Shown here: positions 46,574-57,602 of the stretch, piece after piece
Position numbering within the stretch: position 1 is the first letter of the stretch
How the letters are laid out: the number at the start of each line of letters is the position of its first letter
From: an uncultured Actinomycetota bacterium
GTDB taxonomy: Bacteria > Actinomycetota > Actinomycetes > JAHEKZ01
DNA: 64,000 bases
Reading direction: 5' to 3'
NCBI GenBank assembly: GCA_963726575.1
Contig: CAVSCR010000003.1
Location: 226,518 to 290,517 of the forward strand
Notes under the pieces: generated by a model
Seen by the model: only the letters and a program-made list of their open reading frames with translations
The model's database searches: none
What the model was told of the DNA's origin: nothing
Made by a program: the position numbers and the translations under genes

Positions 46574-47244
46574 GACTGGGTCCGGACGAGCTGCGTGCGG
46601 ATCAGGTGGGCGTACAACTGTCCGCCGCGCGTGGACAGGTGGTAGCCGTCGGGGGCGAACACTCCCGGGTGGTGGCCCGCGAACGCGCGCCAGGGCACCA
46701 ACGAGACGTTGGGATAGCGCCGCGCGCAGGTCTGGATGACGTGGTTGTCCGCTGAGGTCCACGAACGGGGGACCCGCACCGTCACCAGCAGGAGCTGGCG
46801 CGCTGATCCCAGTGACTGGTGCAGCTCACGGCAGGCGTAGCCGGGGAACTGTCCGTTCGTGCCGAGCCCGACGACGACGGTACCGGGAAGGCGACCGGTG
46901 CGTGCCAGATGCCGGACGACCCTGAGTCCGGCGTACACCTGACGGCTCTCCACGGCGTCGACCCGACCCGGCAGATGACGCAGCCACGGTCGCGCGCCGA
47001 GCATCACCGAGTCGCCCAGGAACAGCGTGCCGGGCAGACGTGCGGGCGTGGCTCGCGGCCCGGCGACAGGGGGCACTGGCGTGAGACCGGTCGTACCGGC
47101 GTCCGACGCGACGCGTGGAACACCCGCGGACAGGACCGACATCACCGGCGTTGCCCGCCTCGCCCCGTCGTCCGACCCCACCGCTGCGGCCAGGAAGGCT
47201 GCTGCGGCCAGCGCCACCGTCGCCAACGCCGCTCCCCGCTTCAT
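46570..47244 (-). CDS. SGNH/GDSL hydrolase family protein with N-terminal signal peptide
   Basis: Signal peptide MKRGAALATVALAAAAFLAAAVG, then the GDS motif LFLGDSVMLG. Confidence 0.6.
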
Positions 47245-47259
47245 GACGTGTGCGCCTCG

Positions 47260-48336
47260 CTAGCCCGCGGTCGCGGTGATGGTGGCCGCACCGATCACAC
47301 GGGTGGCGTCGTACATCACCAGGGTCTGACCTGGCGCCACCCCGGACATGCGGTCGTCCGGCTGCACGGTGATCGCCTCGTCGCCCGGGTACGCCGTCGC
47401 CAGAAGGCGTGCGCCGTGAGCCCGCACCTGTACGTGGCAGCGAAACGAGTCCGTCATCGGCTCGGCACCGCTCCACCGCAGCGCCTGCGCGTACACCGTC
47501 GCGATCTGCAGCGCATCCCTGGGGCCGACGGTGACTGTGCCGCTCACCGGCTCGATCGCGAGGACGTAGCGCGCCCGCCCGTCGCCACCCGGCGCGGTGA
47601 GAGCCAGCCCTTTGCGCTGCCCGACCGTGTAGGCGTAGGCGCCATCGTGACCGCCGAGGTCGACGCCGTCGACGTCGACGATCCGACCTGCGCGGCGTCC
47701 CAAGCGAGCCCGCAGGTATCCCTGGGTGTCGCCGTCGGTGACGAAGCACAGGTCATAGCTGTCCGGCTTGTCTGCCACGAGCAGGCCACGCGCTGCCGCC
47801 TCCCGACGCACGTCGGACTTCACGGACTCACCGAGAGGGAACAGGGAGTGTTCCAGCTGGGTCTGCGACAGGCCACCGAGCACGTAAGACTGGTCCTTCG
47901 ACTCGTCCACTGCGCGGTGCAGCTCACGTCCTGCGACGCCCTCGACGATCCTCGCGTAGTGACCGGTGCAAACGGCGTCGAAGCCGAGCGAGAGTCCGCG
48001 CTCCAGCACTGCAGAGAACTTGATCCGCTCGTTGCAGCGGATGCACGGGTTGGGCGTGCGCCCCGCCTCGTACTCGTCGACGAAGTCGTCGATCACTTCT
48101 GCGTGGAACTGGTCGGACAGATCCCAGACGTAGAACGGGATTCCGAGGATGTCGGCGGTGCGTCGGGCATCACGGGAGTCTTCCAACGTGCAGCATCCGC
48201 GCGCGCCGTTGCGGTACGACTCCGGCGTCTTGCTCAACGCAAGGTGGATACCCACCACATCGTGGCCCGCGGCCGTTGCGCGAGCCGCTGCAACCGAGGA
48301 GTCGACGCCGCCGGACAGTGCGGCCAGCACCCTCAC
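47260..48336 (-). CDS. mnmA: tRNA 2-thiouridine(34) synthase
   Basis: PP-loop [10 protein letters not shown] and catalytic Cys; canonical MnmA/TrmU. Confidence 0.92.
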   Translation of the reverse strand: MRVLAALSGGVDSSVAAARATAAGHDVVGIHLALSKTPESYRNGARGCCTLEDSRDARRTADILGIPFYVWDLSDQFHAEVIDDFVDEYEAGRTPNPCIRCNERIKFSAVLERGLSLGFDAVCTGHYARIVEGVAGRELHRAVDESKDQSYVLGGLSQTQLEHSLFPLGESVKSDVRREAAARGLLVADKPDSYDLCFVTDGDTQGYLRARLGRRAGRIVDVDGVDLGGHDGAYAYTVGQRKGLALTAPGGDGRARYVLAIEPVSGTVTVGPRDALQIATVYAQALRWSGAEPMTDSFRCHVQVRAHGARLLATAYPGDEAITVQPDDRMSGVAPGQTLVMYDATRVIGAATITATAG

Positions 48337-49514
48337 AGTGATCGCCCTCGGGCTTCCCGTGCCCGCGCGACCGCTCCTGGCAGTGCCTCGACGAGTGCGT
48401 CGACGTCGGCCTTGGTCGACGTGTGGCCCACCGAGAACCGCAACGACGACCGCGCGACGTCGATGTCAGCGCCGAGGGCGAGCAGCACGTGGCTCGGCTG
48501 GGCCACCCCTGCTGAGCAGGCCGAACCGGTCGAGCACTCGATGCCCTGGGCGTCCAGCAGCATCAGCAGGTCATCGCCCTCGCAGCCGGGGAAGGAGAAG
48601 TGCGCGTTTCCGGGGAGCCGGTGACCGGGCTCGAGCACCGGGTCGCCGTTCAGCACCGCCTCGGGCGTCACCTCCAGCACCCGGGCGATGAGGTCGTCGC
48701 GGACCTGCGCCAGCTCTGCCTGCCGGGCGAGGATGTCGGCCGTCACCACCTCGGCTGCCGCAGCCATCGCCGCGATTCCCGGCACGTCGAGGGTCCCCGA
48801 GCGCACCTCACGTTCTTGGCCACCACCGTGCAGCACCGGTACGGGCGCGACACCACGACGGAGCAGGAGCAGACCGACCGAGGGTGGCCCGCCGAACTTG
48901 TGCCCCGACAAGGTCAACGCGGTGGCCGGAAGGGATCCGAAGTCGACCGGGAGCTGTCCGGCGGCCTGGACGGCGTCGGTGTGGAACGGCACGCCGTGCT
49001 CGTCGGCGATGGCGGCCAGCTCGGCCACCGGCTGCACCGTGCCGATCTCGTTGTTGGCCATCATCACCGACACCACCGCCACCGACTCGGCGTCGTGCGC
49101 AAGCAACGACTCCAGCTCGTGCTGGTCCACCCGGCCAACGTCGTCGACCCCGAGCTCGACCACCTCAGCACCTTCGTGCTCCGCCAGCCACAGCACCGGC
49201 TCGAGCAGCGCATGGTGCTCGATGGCGCTGACGATCACCCGCCGACATCTCGCGTCGGCCGCCCGGCGCGACCAGAACAACCCCTTCAAGGCCAGGTTGT
49301 CCGACTCGGTACCGCTCGCGGTGAACACGACCTCGCTCGGCCGCGCGCCGAAGGCCAGAGCCACCGTCTCGCGCGACTCCTCGACGACTCTTCGGGCCCG
49401 ACGCCCCGACGTGTGCAACGAGGATGCATTGCCCACCTCGACGAGCTCGCGCGTGAGCGCCGCGACTGCCTCGGGCAGCATCGGAGTGGTGGCGGCGTGG
49501 TCGAAGTACACCAT
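48333..49514 (-). CDS. cysteine desulfurase (IscS/NifS family)
   Basis: PLP-dependent class V aminotransferase fold ([20 protein letters not shown]...SGTLDVPGI). Overlaps the mnmA start. Confidence 0.9.
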   Translation of the reverse strand: MVYFDHAATTPMLPEAVAALTRELVEVGNASSLHTSGRRARRVVEESRETVALAFGARPSEVVFTASGTESDNLALKGLFWSRRAADARCRRVIVSAIEHHALLEPVLWLAEHEGAEVVELGVDDVGRVDQHELESLLAHDAESVAVVSVMMANNEIGTVQPVAELAAIADEHGVPFHTDAVQAAGQLPVDFGSLPATALTLSGHKFGGPPSVGLLLLRRGVAPVPVLHGGGQEREVRSGTLDVPGIAAMAAAAEVVTADILARQAELAQVRDDLIARVLEVTPEAVLNGDPVLEPGHRLPGNAHFSFPGCEGDDLLMLLDAQGIECSTGSACSAGVAQPSHVLLALGADIDVARSSLRFSVGHTSTKADVDALVEALPGAVARAREARGRSL

Positions 49515-49529
49515 CGTGAGGCGCGTGCC

Positions 49530-50678
49530 CTACTGCTTCGCCAACGGCCCGTACTCGCGTTCCAGAGCACGCAGGAACAGCGAGGCGGGAAGGGCCGAAC
49601 CGTCATAGGACCAATGGAGGCCATCGCTTTGGCGCGCGTCGATCCGCTTGCCGTGGTAGGCCTCGCTGCGCGAGTAGCGCCCGCGGTCGGACGTGCCGTT
49701 GAACAGGTCGACCCAGCGGGCGCCCGGTATCGCGGCCGCCGCCTGGGCTCCCGCCGCATTGATCGAGGCGAAGATGCGCTGGTAGTTGCTCGACGGGGAC
49801 GTCGGTGGGCCGCCGTAGTAGACGCGGTCGACTCCGCCATGGAGGAACGTCTGCATCACCACTGCGATGCGGCGGGCGTACTCGCGCTGCCACGCCGGCG
49901 TTGCCCAGGCCAACGTCGCCCCGTCGTGCTTCATGTCCCACCCGTCGTTGGCACCCATCACGACCATGACCACGTCGGGGTGCAGGTCTGACACCAGGTT
50001 CTGCGCGGCTACCTGCCAGTTGAACGATCCGGGGGTGGTGAGCCCCGTCCCGTTGAACCCCTTGACGGTCACGTGCACCTTCGGACCGGCCAGGTTCGCC
50101 AGCTGGTCTCCTGGGTACGTCGCGAGGGAGTCACCGGTGACGAGCACCCTGAGGGGATGGCTGGTGGTGGGTGGGTGGATCTTGGTGATGCCCCCCACGT
50201 CCTGCGGGTACAGCGGCGGCGGCTGCTGGTGGGGGTGTCGACTCCTACCCGAGGCGCTGGCCGACGGGACCGCATGTGGGGTATTGAGGATGGAGTCGCT
50301 GCCGTTCTCCAGCGCGGTGTTGGCGGCGACGTAGGACTGGTGGCCCAGCGCAGCGTCAAGAGCCGAGCGTGGTGCCGTGAGTCCGACCGTGTGCGCGAAG
50401 GAGTTCACCGGCCCGGCGAGCGCGAGAACCACCGTGCGGGTGACGCCGGGGTCCATGCCCTCGCCCTTGCGCAGCACCGACTCGGAGTTGAGCAACCACG
50501 CGACCGCGAGCGCGAGGAAGACAGTGGCGATCGCCTGGCCGGCCGGGACTCGGCTGGCTCGCGTGTGCGCCGCTGGATGCTCGACCTCGTCGATCCAGCG
50601 GCGCTCGGGAGACGCCTGGTCGGACGTCTGCGTCGACGTTTCGGCCGGCATCTGGGTCGCACTCATGGGTGACTGCAT
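49530..50678 (-). CDS. membrane-anchored SGNH/GDSL-type hydrolase or acyltransferase (DltD/AlgX/PatB-like partner of the MBOAT protein)
   Basis: N-terminal TM anchor (AIATVFLALAVAWLL), then VLVTGDSLATYPGD (GDS block) and a later DGxHW block (QSDGLHWSYDG). Confidence 0.6.
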   Translation of the reverse strand: MQSPMSATQMPAETSTQTSDQASPERRWIDEVEHPAAHTRASRVPAGQAIATVFLALAVAWLLNSESVLRKGEGMDPGVTRTVVLALAGPVNSFAHTVGLTAPRSALDAALGHQSYVAANTALENGSDSILNTPHAVPSASASGRSRHPHQQPPPLYPQDVGGITKIHPPTTSHPLRVLVTGDSLATYPGDQLANLAGPKVHVTVKGFNGTGLTTPGSFNWQVAAQNLVSDLHPDVVMVVMGANDGWDMKHDGATLAWATPAWQREYARRIAVVMQTFLHGGVDRVYYGGPPTSPSSNYQRIFASINAAGAQAAAAIPGARWVDLFNGTSDRGRYSRSEAYHGKRIDARQSDGLHWSYDGSALPASLFLRALEREYGPLAKQ

Positions 50679-50720
50679 CCTAGGTGAACCCGCCGATGAT
50701 CTTGGACCCGCTCGGCCGCC

Positions 50721-52241
50721 TCAGAACCGGAAGTAGAGGAACGGTGCGACGCCTTGCTCGGGCAGGATCGCGTCGATCAGGACGAGCACGACTGCGAACA
50801 GCAGGCCCTGCGCCCACCAGGGCAACCGGGAGACCCGAATCTCGATCTCGGCCCACATCCGTGGCGGGATGAACTGGGTGCTCAAGCCGGCGACGATGGC
50901 AGCCGCAACCGGCAGCGTCACCAGCGGCGCCGGTCCGAAGTCACCGATCCGACTCAGCAGCTGGACGGCGACGGCGAAGGTCGGTGACCGGAAGAAGACC
51001 CAGGCGAACGTGACGAAGGCAAACGTGAGGATGACCGCGAGGGCCTTGGGCAGCCCTCCGGCGACTCGGCGTTCGACGACCGCCTGCGCCCCCGTTCGCT
51101 CGCGGTAGGCCTCCTGCGCAGGGTCGAGCCCGACGGGCACGGCCGCGACGTCGACGGTCTCGCGCAGGACCGGAGCGCGTCGTTGGCGCATCTGGTTGAC
51201 CCATCGCTCGACCGAGAGGCCGACTCCGTGCAGACCGCCCCAGACGACGAACGTCAACGATGCACCGTGCCACAGCCCGCCGAGCAGCATGGTCGCGAAG
51301 AGGTTCACGTAGGTGCGGACACCGCCTCGGCGGTTGCCACCCAACGGGACATACAAGTAGTCACGGAGCCAGCGCGACAACGACATGTGCCAGTGGCGCC
51401 AGAACATCTGCAGGCTCGATGCCGCGTAGGGGCGGTCGAAGTTCTGCGGGAACCGGAAGCCGAGCAGCAGGGCGAGTCCGATCGCGATGTCGGTGTAGGC
51501 CGAGAAGTCGCAGTAGATCTGCACCGAGTACCCGATGAACGCCGCGATCACTTCGGGTCCGCTGTGCAGATCTGGCGTGCCCCACACCGGATCGACGAGC
51601 TGGGTTCCGATGTAGTCGGCCAGCACGATCTTCTTGAACAAGCCGCCAGCAATCAGGAACAGCGCGGGCGTCATCGGCACGGCACGCGGATCGTGTCGCA
51701 GCTGCAGCTGCGGGATGAACTCGCGCGGCCGCACGATCGGACCGGCCACGAGGTGGGGGAAGAACGACTGGAACACGGCGAAGTCGAGGAAGCCCACCGG
51801 CGCGAAGTCCCCGCGGAAGGTGTCGACCACGTAGGCGATCCCCTGGAACGTGTAGAACGAGATGCCGATCGGCAACACGATCATCAACAACGGAAGCGGC
51901 GCACCCAGCTGGACCTTGCCGAGGGCCTCGTCGATCTGGTGGGCGAAGAAGTTGAAGTACTTGAACCAGCCGAGCAGACCGAGATCGATGCTCACCGCCG
52001 CGATGAGCCACGCGCGTCTGGCGCGCGAGCTCGTTGACTTGCTCACTTGGACTGCGCCCACCTGGTTCACGACCGTGACGGTCGCCAGCAGGATCGTCAG
52101 CCAGGGATCTGCGTAGCCGTAGAAGAAGTACGACGCAGCGAGGATGAACCACTTCCACGCGCGCTGGTGCGGCAGCAGCAACCAGTTGACGGCGAGTACC
52201 ACCGCGAAGAACGCGGCGAACTCGATGGTGGGAAACAGCAC
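50721..52241 (-). CDS. MBOAT family membrane-bound O-acyltransferase (AlgI/DltB/PatA-like)
   Basis: 506 aa polytopic protein with the conserved MBOAT His (FWRHWHMSLSRWLRDYLYVPLGGNRRG). Confidence 0.85.
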   Translation of the reverse strand: MLFPTIEFAAFFAVVLAVNWLLLPHQRAWKWFILAASYFFYGYADPWLTILLATVTVVNQVGAVQVSKSTSSRARRAWLIAAVSIDLGLLGWFKYFNFFAHQIDEALGKVQLGAPLPLLMIVLPIGISFYTFQGIAYVVDTFRGDFAPVGFLDFAVFQSFFPHLVAGPIVRPREFIPQLQLRHDPRAVPMTPALFLIAGGLFKKIVLADYIGTQLVDPVWGTPDLHSGPEVIAAFIGYSVQIYCDFSAYTDIAIGLALLLGFRFPQNFDRPYAASSLQMFWRHWHMSLSRWLRDYLYVPLGGNRRGGVRTYVNLFATMLLGGLWHGASLTFVVWGGLHGVGLSVERWVNQMRQRRAPVLRETVDVAAVPVGLDPAQEAYRERTGAQAVVERRVAGGLPKALAVILTFAFVTFAWVFFRSPTFAVAVQLLSRIGDFGPAPLVTLPVAAAIVAGLSTQFIPPRMWAEIEIRVSRLPWWAQGLLFAVVLVLIDAILPEQGVAPFLYFRF

Positions 52242-52254
52242 GGGCGGAGGTGGT

Positions 52255-53217
52255 TCAGCCCTTGCGCTTCTTGACCTCTTCGGTCAGCTGGGGCAGCACG
52301 ACGTGGAGGTCGCCCACCACGCCGAAGTCGACCAGCTCGAAGATCGGCGCCTCGGGGTCCTTGTTGACGGCCACGATCGTCTTTGACGTCTGCATGCCGG
52401 CGCGGTGCTGGATGGCCCCGGAGATCCCATTGGCCATGTACAGCTGCGGCGACACCGTCTTGCCGGTCTGCCCGACCTGGAACTGGTGGGGGTACCAGCC
52501 CGCGTCCGTCGCGGCGCGCGAGGCACCGACGGCCGCACCGAGACTGTCCGCCAACGCCTCGACGACTCCGAAGCCCTCTGGGGAGCCGACTCCGCGACCC
52601 CCGGACACCACGATCGCCGCTTCGGTGAGCTCGGGACGACCAGCGCGCTCCTCGGCCACGCGGTCGGTGATCCGAGCGCCACGGTCGGCGTCACTGAGCT
52701 GCACCGACAGATCCACCCGAGTCGCGGCTGCCGGGCTCGCAACGGGCGGCGTCGAGTTCGGGCGCACCGTGATGACCGGCGTCCCATGAGTGACGGTGGA
52801 CTGCACGAGAGTCGATCCGCCGAAGACCGATTGCTGGGTCGCGATGGTGGTGGAGTCGCCGGTGACGTCGACGGCGTCGGTGATGAGGCCGGAGCCGATT
52901 CGCACCGCGAGGCGCCCGGCGACCTCCTTGCCGTCCGCGCTCGAGGGGATCAGCACCGCCGCCGCCGAGGCCTGCTCCACCGCAGCAGCGAGTGCGCCGA
53001 CGGCGGGCGTCGTCAAGCAGTCAGCGGCGTCGGGGAGCTCGGCGACGTACACCTTCGTGGCACCGTGCTCGGCCAGGCCGGCCTTCGCCTGGTCCGCGCC
53101 GGACCCCACGAACACCGCCGCCGGCTCCCCGATCCGCGCGGCCAGCGTGAGCAGTTCGTAGGTGACCTTCTTGACGTCGCCGTCAACGTGGTCGACCAGA
53201 ACCAGAACCTCAGCCAT
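52255..53217 (-). CDS. etfA: electron transfer flavoprotein subunit alpha
   Basis: 320 aa EtfA/FixB with a C-terminal FAD-binding region (GISGAIQHRAGMQTSKTIVAVNKD). Confidence 0.92.
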   Translation of the reverse strand: MAEVLVLVDHVDGDVKKVTYELLTLAARIGEPAAVFVGSGADQAKAGLAEHGATKVYVAELPDAADCLTTPAVGALAAAVEQASAAAVLIPSSADGKEVAGRLAVRIGSGLITDAVDVTGDSTTIATQQSVFGGSTLVQSTVTHGTPVITVRPNSTPPVASPAAATRVDLSVQLSDADRGARITDRVAEERAGRPELTEAAIVVSGGRGVGSPEGFGVVEALADSLGAAVGASRAATDAGWYPHQFQVGQTGKTVSPQLYMANGISGAIQHRAGMQTSKTIVAVNKDPEAPIFELVDFGVVGDLHVVLPQLTEEVKKRKG

Positions 53218-53249
53218 GGTGGTGTCTTTCTCCTCAGACGAACAACTGG

Positions 53250-54050
53250 TCAGATGAACTTCTGGCCGGCGAGGAAGTCGGCGAGCTTCACGCCGCCGTC
53301 GCCCTCGTCCTTCACGATGGTTCCGGCCTGCCGTGGCGGCCGCGAGGCGAAGGACGTGACAGCGCTCCAGGCGCCGGCCAGCCCGACATCGTCGGCGCTC
53401 AGGCCGAGGTCAGCCAGCGTCAGCGTCTCGACCGGCTTCTTCTTCGCCGCCATGATGCCCTTGAACGACGGGTAGCGCGGCTCGTTGATCTTCTCGACGA
53501 CGCTGACGATCGCGGGGGTACTCGCTTCCACCGTGTCGTAGCCGTAGTCGGTCTGACGTTGGATGCGCACGGTCGAACCATCGAGCTCGACCTTGCCGGC
53601 AAACGTGAGCTGGGGGCGTCCGAGGCGCTCCGCGACCATCGCGGGAACCACCGACATGCGCGCGTCGGTTGACTCCGAGCCGAAGATCACCAGGTCGGGG
53701 CCGATCCGTTCGATCGCCTTGCTCAACACCAACGAGGTGCCGAGCGCATCAGTTCCGTGCAAGGCATCGTCCTGCACGTGGACTGCCGCGTCGGCGCCCA
53801 TGGACAACGCCTTGCGGATCGACTCGGTGGCCTTCTCGGGCCCCATCGTGAGCACCGTGACGGTCACTGCATCGGAGCCACCGAGGCGCTCTTGGATCTG
53901 CAGCGCCTCTTCGACGCCGAACTCGTCGAGCTCGTTCACGACGGCCTCGGCGGCACCGCGGTCGAGGGTGTTGTCGGCAGGGTCGAGCTTCTTCTCGGCC
54001 CATGAGTCGGGGACCTGCTTGACACAGACGACGATGTTCAACGCACTCAT
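53250..54050 (-). CDS. etfB: electron transfer flavoprotein subunit beta
   Basis: MSALNIVVCVKQVPD...; start taken at M27 of the track ORF. Confidence 0.9.
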   Translation of the reverse strand: MSALNIVVCVKQVPDSWAEKKLDPADNTLDRGAAEAVVNELDEFGVEEALQIQERLGGSDAVTVTVLTMGPEKATESIRKALSMGADAAVHVQDDALHGTDALGTSLVLSKAIERIGPDLVIFGSESTDARMSVVPAMVAERLGRPQLTFAGKVELDGSTVRIQRQTDYGYDTVEASTPAIVSVVEKINEPRYPSFKGIMAAKKKPVETLTLADLGLSADDVGLAGAWSAVTSFASRPPRQAGTIVKDEGDGGVKLADFLAGQKFI

Positions 54051-54233
54051 GGCGGCGCTGCCGACCTCCTCGCGCGCGGCAGCGACCGGCCGTCGCCGGG
54101 CAACCGCAGATTGGATCCAACCGCACAAACTAGCCGGGCGCCCCGAGCGCGCGCGACCTGGGGTGGGCCGCGACGCCCCTCCCCCACCCGTTGATCTTGG
54201 ACTTCACGTGGGGGTTGATCATGACGACGGCAT

Positions 54234-54758
54234 CTACTCCTTGATCGACACCGTGTCCTCGTCAGTGACGTCCGCCAGCGTCGCCCGCAACGCGGTCACT
54301 GCGTCGTCGGCGGACAGCAGGATCGCGACGCCATGGGCACCTGCGCCCAGCGTCACCGTCCGACCGAGCAGGCGCTCGTCGGCGATCGTCGGTAGTGGCG
54401 TGGCCGACCCGAAGGGCGTGATGGTGCCTCGCTCGTAGCCGGTCACGTGCAGCGCCGTGGCGGCATCCGGCATCGACAGCCGACTGACCCCCAGCAACGC
54501 CCGCAGCTTGGGCCACGCAATCGACCGATCGCCGGGTACCAGCACGAAGAGGAAGTCATCTTCGGCACGACGTACGACGATCGTCTTGATGACGTCGGCC
54601 GGCTCGACGCCGCGCGCCTGCGCCGCCTCGGCCAGGCTGGCGACGGGGCCGTGTCGCACGACGCTGTACCTGATCGCAGACGCCTCGAGGGCGCCCAGCG
54701 CCCGCTGCTCGCCCGACGCCTCGGCCATCTGGGCAGCGTACGGCGACGTTACGGCCAC
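54234..54758 (-). CDS. YbaK/ProX-type aminoacyl-tRNA deacylase domain protein
   Basis: 174 aa with the YbaK fold signature (...VIKTIVVRRAEDDFLFVLVPGDRSIAWPKLRALLG...ITPFG). Confidence 0.7.
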   Translation of the reverse strand: MAVTSPYAAQMAEASGEQRALGALEASAIRYSVVRHGPVASLAEAAQARGVEPADVIKTIVVRRAEDDFLFVLVPGDRSIAWPKLRALLGVSRLSMPDAATALHVTGYERGTITPFGSATPLPTIADERLLGRTVTLGAGAHGVAILLSADDAVTALRATLADVTDEDTVSIKE

Positions 54759-54778
54759 CGGAATGAGACGCTAACGAC

Positions 54779-55300
54779 ATGGAAAGCGAAACGCTGCGCC
54801 AGGTTCAGGCTCCCCTGAAGCAGCTCTACCGCGACGACCCTGCTGCTGCACTCGTGACCCTGAACGCGCAGGGGCGACTCGGGGAGGGAGTGACCTGCTC
54901 GGTCGAGACCGGCCAGGCCCTCGTGGCCGCGGGCCTGCATCCGGCGACTGGCGGCGACGGCCTGTCGGCATGCTCCGGCGACTTGCTGCTCGAGGCGCTG
55001 GTCGCCTGCGCAGGCGTCACGCTGCTCGCGGTGGCGACGTCCTTGGGACTCGACGTCGTCGACGGCACCGTGTCGGCGCAGGGGGATCTCGACTTCCGCG
55101 GCACGCTCGCAGTGGACCGGGAGACTCCCGTCGGATTCCTGGCCATCCGGCTGCAGTTCGACCTCGTCGGTTCGCTGAGCGAGGACGAACAGGCGACGCT
55201 GCTGCGGCTCACCGAGCGCTACTGCGTCGTCTGGCAGACGTTGAGCCGTTCCCCCGACCTGACCAGCTCACTCTCCGTAGCCGAACCGCCCGTCGCCTGA
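54779..55300 (+). CDS. OsmC/Ohr family peroxiredoxin-like protein
   Basis: 173 aa with two conserved Cys (CSGDLLLEALVACAG). Confidence 0.85.
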   Translation: MESETLRQVQAPLKQLYRDDPAAALVTLNAQGRLGEGVTCSVETGQALVAAGLHPATGGDGLSACSGDLLLEALVACAGVTLLAVATSLGLDVVDGTVSAQGDLDFRGTLAVDRETPVGFLAIRLQFDLVGSLSEDEQATLLRLTERYCVVWQTLSRSPDLTSSLSVAEPPVA

Positions 55301-55466
55301 GCACCTCGAGCACAGGGGGGCGACCTCGCCGACTACCCGGCGTGACGGGCGGGAAGAGACCGCTTGCGCGGCCTCAATGGATCATGATCGCCGGTCGATC
55401 CCCTCGGGAAGAAAGTGGATCCGACCCACTTGGGGAGGGCCGGGCCGCGCCACGCTGGGGTGATCG

Positions 55467-57602
55467 ATGTCGGTCAAGCTTCGGGTGCCCGCCCTCGTCG
55501 TCGGGGGCGCCTTGCTGGCTGCCTCTGGAACCCTCGCCTGGTTCAACGGCCACTTCGCCGACCAACGCCACGCCGAGCAGGACCAGGTGCTGACCACGGC
55601 TGCCGAACAGGGGGCGGTGCTCACCTCGCAGCGCTTCGAGCGCGCGGTCTCGGCCGACCTTCAACTGGCCGCGACGCCAGCATTTCGCCGGTTCTACCTC
55701 GCGCCGGGAACTCGGATGCAAAAGATCGACCGCAACATCCAGCAGATCCGGGATGCGAACGCCGAGATGGCGTACGTCGAGAACCTCTTCCCTGGAGCCG
55801 TAAGCGAGGCCTGCTTCATCGACATCACGAACGCACACGAGAACGGTCGGGTCGTGCAAGGCAAGATCGCACCGGCGAAAGACCTGTCACCGGATGAGTC
55901 CGGGAACCCCTTCTACAAGCCGACGCAGGCCGAACCACGCGGCACCGTCTTCCAGTCCAAGCCGTACCTGTCCATGGACACCAACGAGTGGGTCATCGGC
56001 AACGCGACCAACATCTACGTCCACGGCCACAAGCAGGCGCTGGTGCACTTCGAGATCAGCGTGGACAGCATCCGCACCGAAGCGCTGCTCCCGGCCTCGG
56101 ACTCCACGTTGCGCGTCGTCGACGCCGACACAGGCGCAGTCGTGATCGACACTCGCTACCAGCAGCCGAACGGCGGGACGCTCGGACGCCCCAGCGACAA
56201 CACCTTCACGTCACTGCCCGCCACCTGGCATGGCAGCGGCGTGTCAGACGTCGACGGTCAGCGCGTTGCCTACACGCCGATGAAGCCTTCGACCACCCTG
56301 CCGGCGGACAACGTCAACCACTGGTACATCGTGGCCAGTGCACCCGTCGTCGCCTCCGGCGCCGGTGCCGCGATCACCCCGCTGGTTCTGCTCCTGTTCG
56401 CACTCGGACTGCCGCTGTTCGTCTACGGTCTGGTCTCCTGGATCGTCGCGCGACGTCATCGCTCGCACTTCCAGGCGCGCACTGCAGCCGAACGCGACCT
56501 GTTCGACTCCCGGCTGGAGGATCTCACCGTGGCGCTGGACCGCGCGGCGGCCGGTGACCTCTCCGTGCAGCTGGCGGTTGACCTCGGTGACGAGCGGATG
56601 ACGTCGTTGGCCCGGTCCTTCGACCACACGCTGTCGCGTCTTCGGCTGCTCGTCGAACAGGCCCAGGAGAACGGTTTGCGTCTCGCCCATGCCGCCACGG
56701 AGCTGCAGGCGAACGCGACGCAGCAGGCGATGTCGGCACAGGAGCAGGCCGCGACCGTCACCCAGACCACCTCGACCATCCAAGAACTTGCTGCAACGGC
56801 CGCTCAGATCGCCGACTCGTCGGGCTCGGTCGCGGCGGCGGCGCAGCAGACCCTGCAGCTGACCAACGACGGCCTGGCCGCGGTGGCTGACTCCGCCGAA
56901 GCCATGCAACGGATCGGCGACCGCGTCGAGTTCATCGCCTCCAGCTCACTCGGCCTGGGCGAGAAGGTGTCCGAGATCGGACGGATCCTGGAGTTCATCG
57001 ACGACCTGTCGGGACAGACCAACCTGCTGGCGCTCAACGCGGCGATCGAAGCCGCCCGCGCCGGTGAGCACGGGCGTGGGTTTGCCGTGGTCGCCGGCGA
57101 AGTGCGTCACCTGGCCGAACGAGCCCAGCAGTCAACCGCACAGATCCAGGCTCTGGTCAACGAGATCCAGGCCCATGCGCAGGCGACGGTCGGGGCGACC
57201 GAGGAGGGATCGCGGGAAGCGGCCCGCGGCACCGGCGTTGCCCAGCGTGCCACCGACGCACTCGGGCGGATCGCAGCGATGGTGGACGAGACCACCGACG
57301 CCGCCGCTGAGATCTCCGTGGCCACGAAGCAGCAGCAGTCGGCGTCGACCCAGATCGTCACCGCCATGTCCGACGTCGCGGAGGTGTCGCGCCAGTTCGC
57401 CACCGGCGCCACCGACGCGGCAAAGGCGTCGGAGGATCTGGCGGGGCTGGCGGCGCAGGTGCACACCTCGATCGCCGAGTTCGCCACCGACGCCCACCGG
57501 TCCGCCACTAGCTCGACGGGACCTGTCGTCGCGCCCGCCTGGCAGCCGTCCGCCGATGACGAGCTCCCCACGGACGACCTGGAGCCAGCTCCTTCACGGT
57601 GA
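55467..57602 (+). CDS. methyl-accepting chemotaxis protein with periplasmic Cache-like sensor domain
   Basis: TM1, about 270 aa periplasmic domain, TM2, HAMP, and an MCP signalling domain with the highly conserved [34 protein letters not shown]. Confidence 0.85.
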   Translation: MSVKLRVPALVVGGALLAASGTLAWFNGHFADQRHAEQDQVLTTAAEQGAVLTSQRFERAVSADLQLAATPAFRRFYLAPGTRMQKIDRNIQQIRDANAEMAYVENLFPGAVSEACFIDITNAHENGRVVQGKIAPAKDLSPDESGNPFYKPTQAEPRGTVFQSKPYLSMDTNEWVIGNATNIYVHGHKQALVHFEISVDSIRTEALLPASDSTLRVVDADTGAVVIDTRYQQPNGGTLGRPSDNTFTSLPATWHGSGVSDVDGQRVAYTPMKPSTTLPADNVNHWYIVASAPVVASGAGAAITPLVLLLFALGLPLFVYGLVSWIVARRHRSHFQARTAAERDLFDSRLEDLTVALDRAAAGDLSVQLAVDLGDERMTSLARSFDHTLSRLRLLVEQAQENGLRLAHAATELQANATQQAMSAQEQAATVTQTTSTIQELAATAAQIADSSGSVAAAAQQTLQLTNDGLAAVADSAEAMQRIGDRVEFIASSSLGLGEKVSEIGRILEFIDDLSGQTNLLALNAAIEAARAGEHGRGFAVVAGEVRHLAERAQQSTAQIQALVNEIQAHAQATVGATEEGSREAARGTGVAQRATDALGRIAAMVDETTDAAAEISVATKQQQSASTQIVTAMSDVAEVSRQFATGATDAAKASEDLAGLAAQVHTSIAEFATDAHRSATSSTGPVVAPAWQPSADDELPTDDLEPAPSR

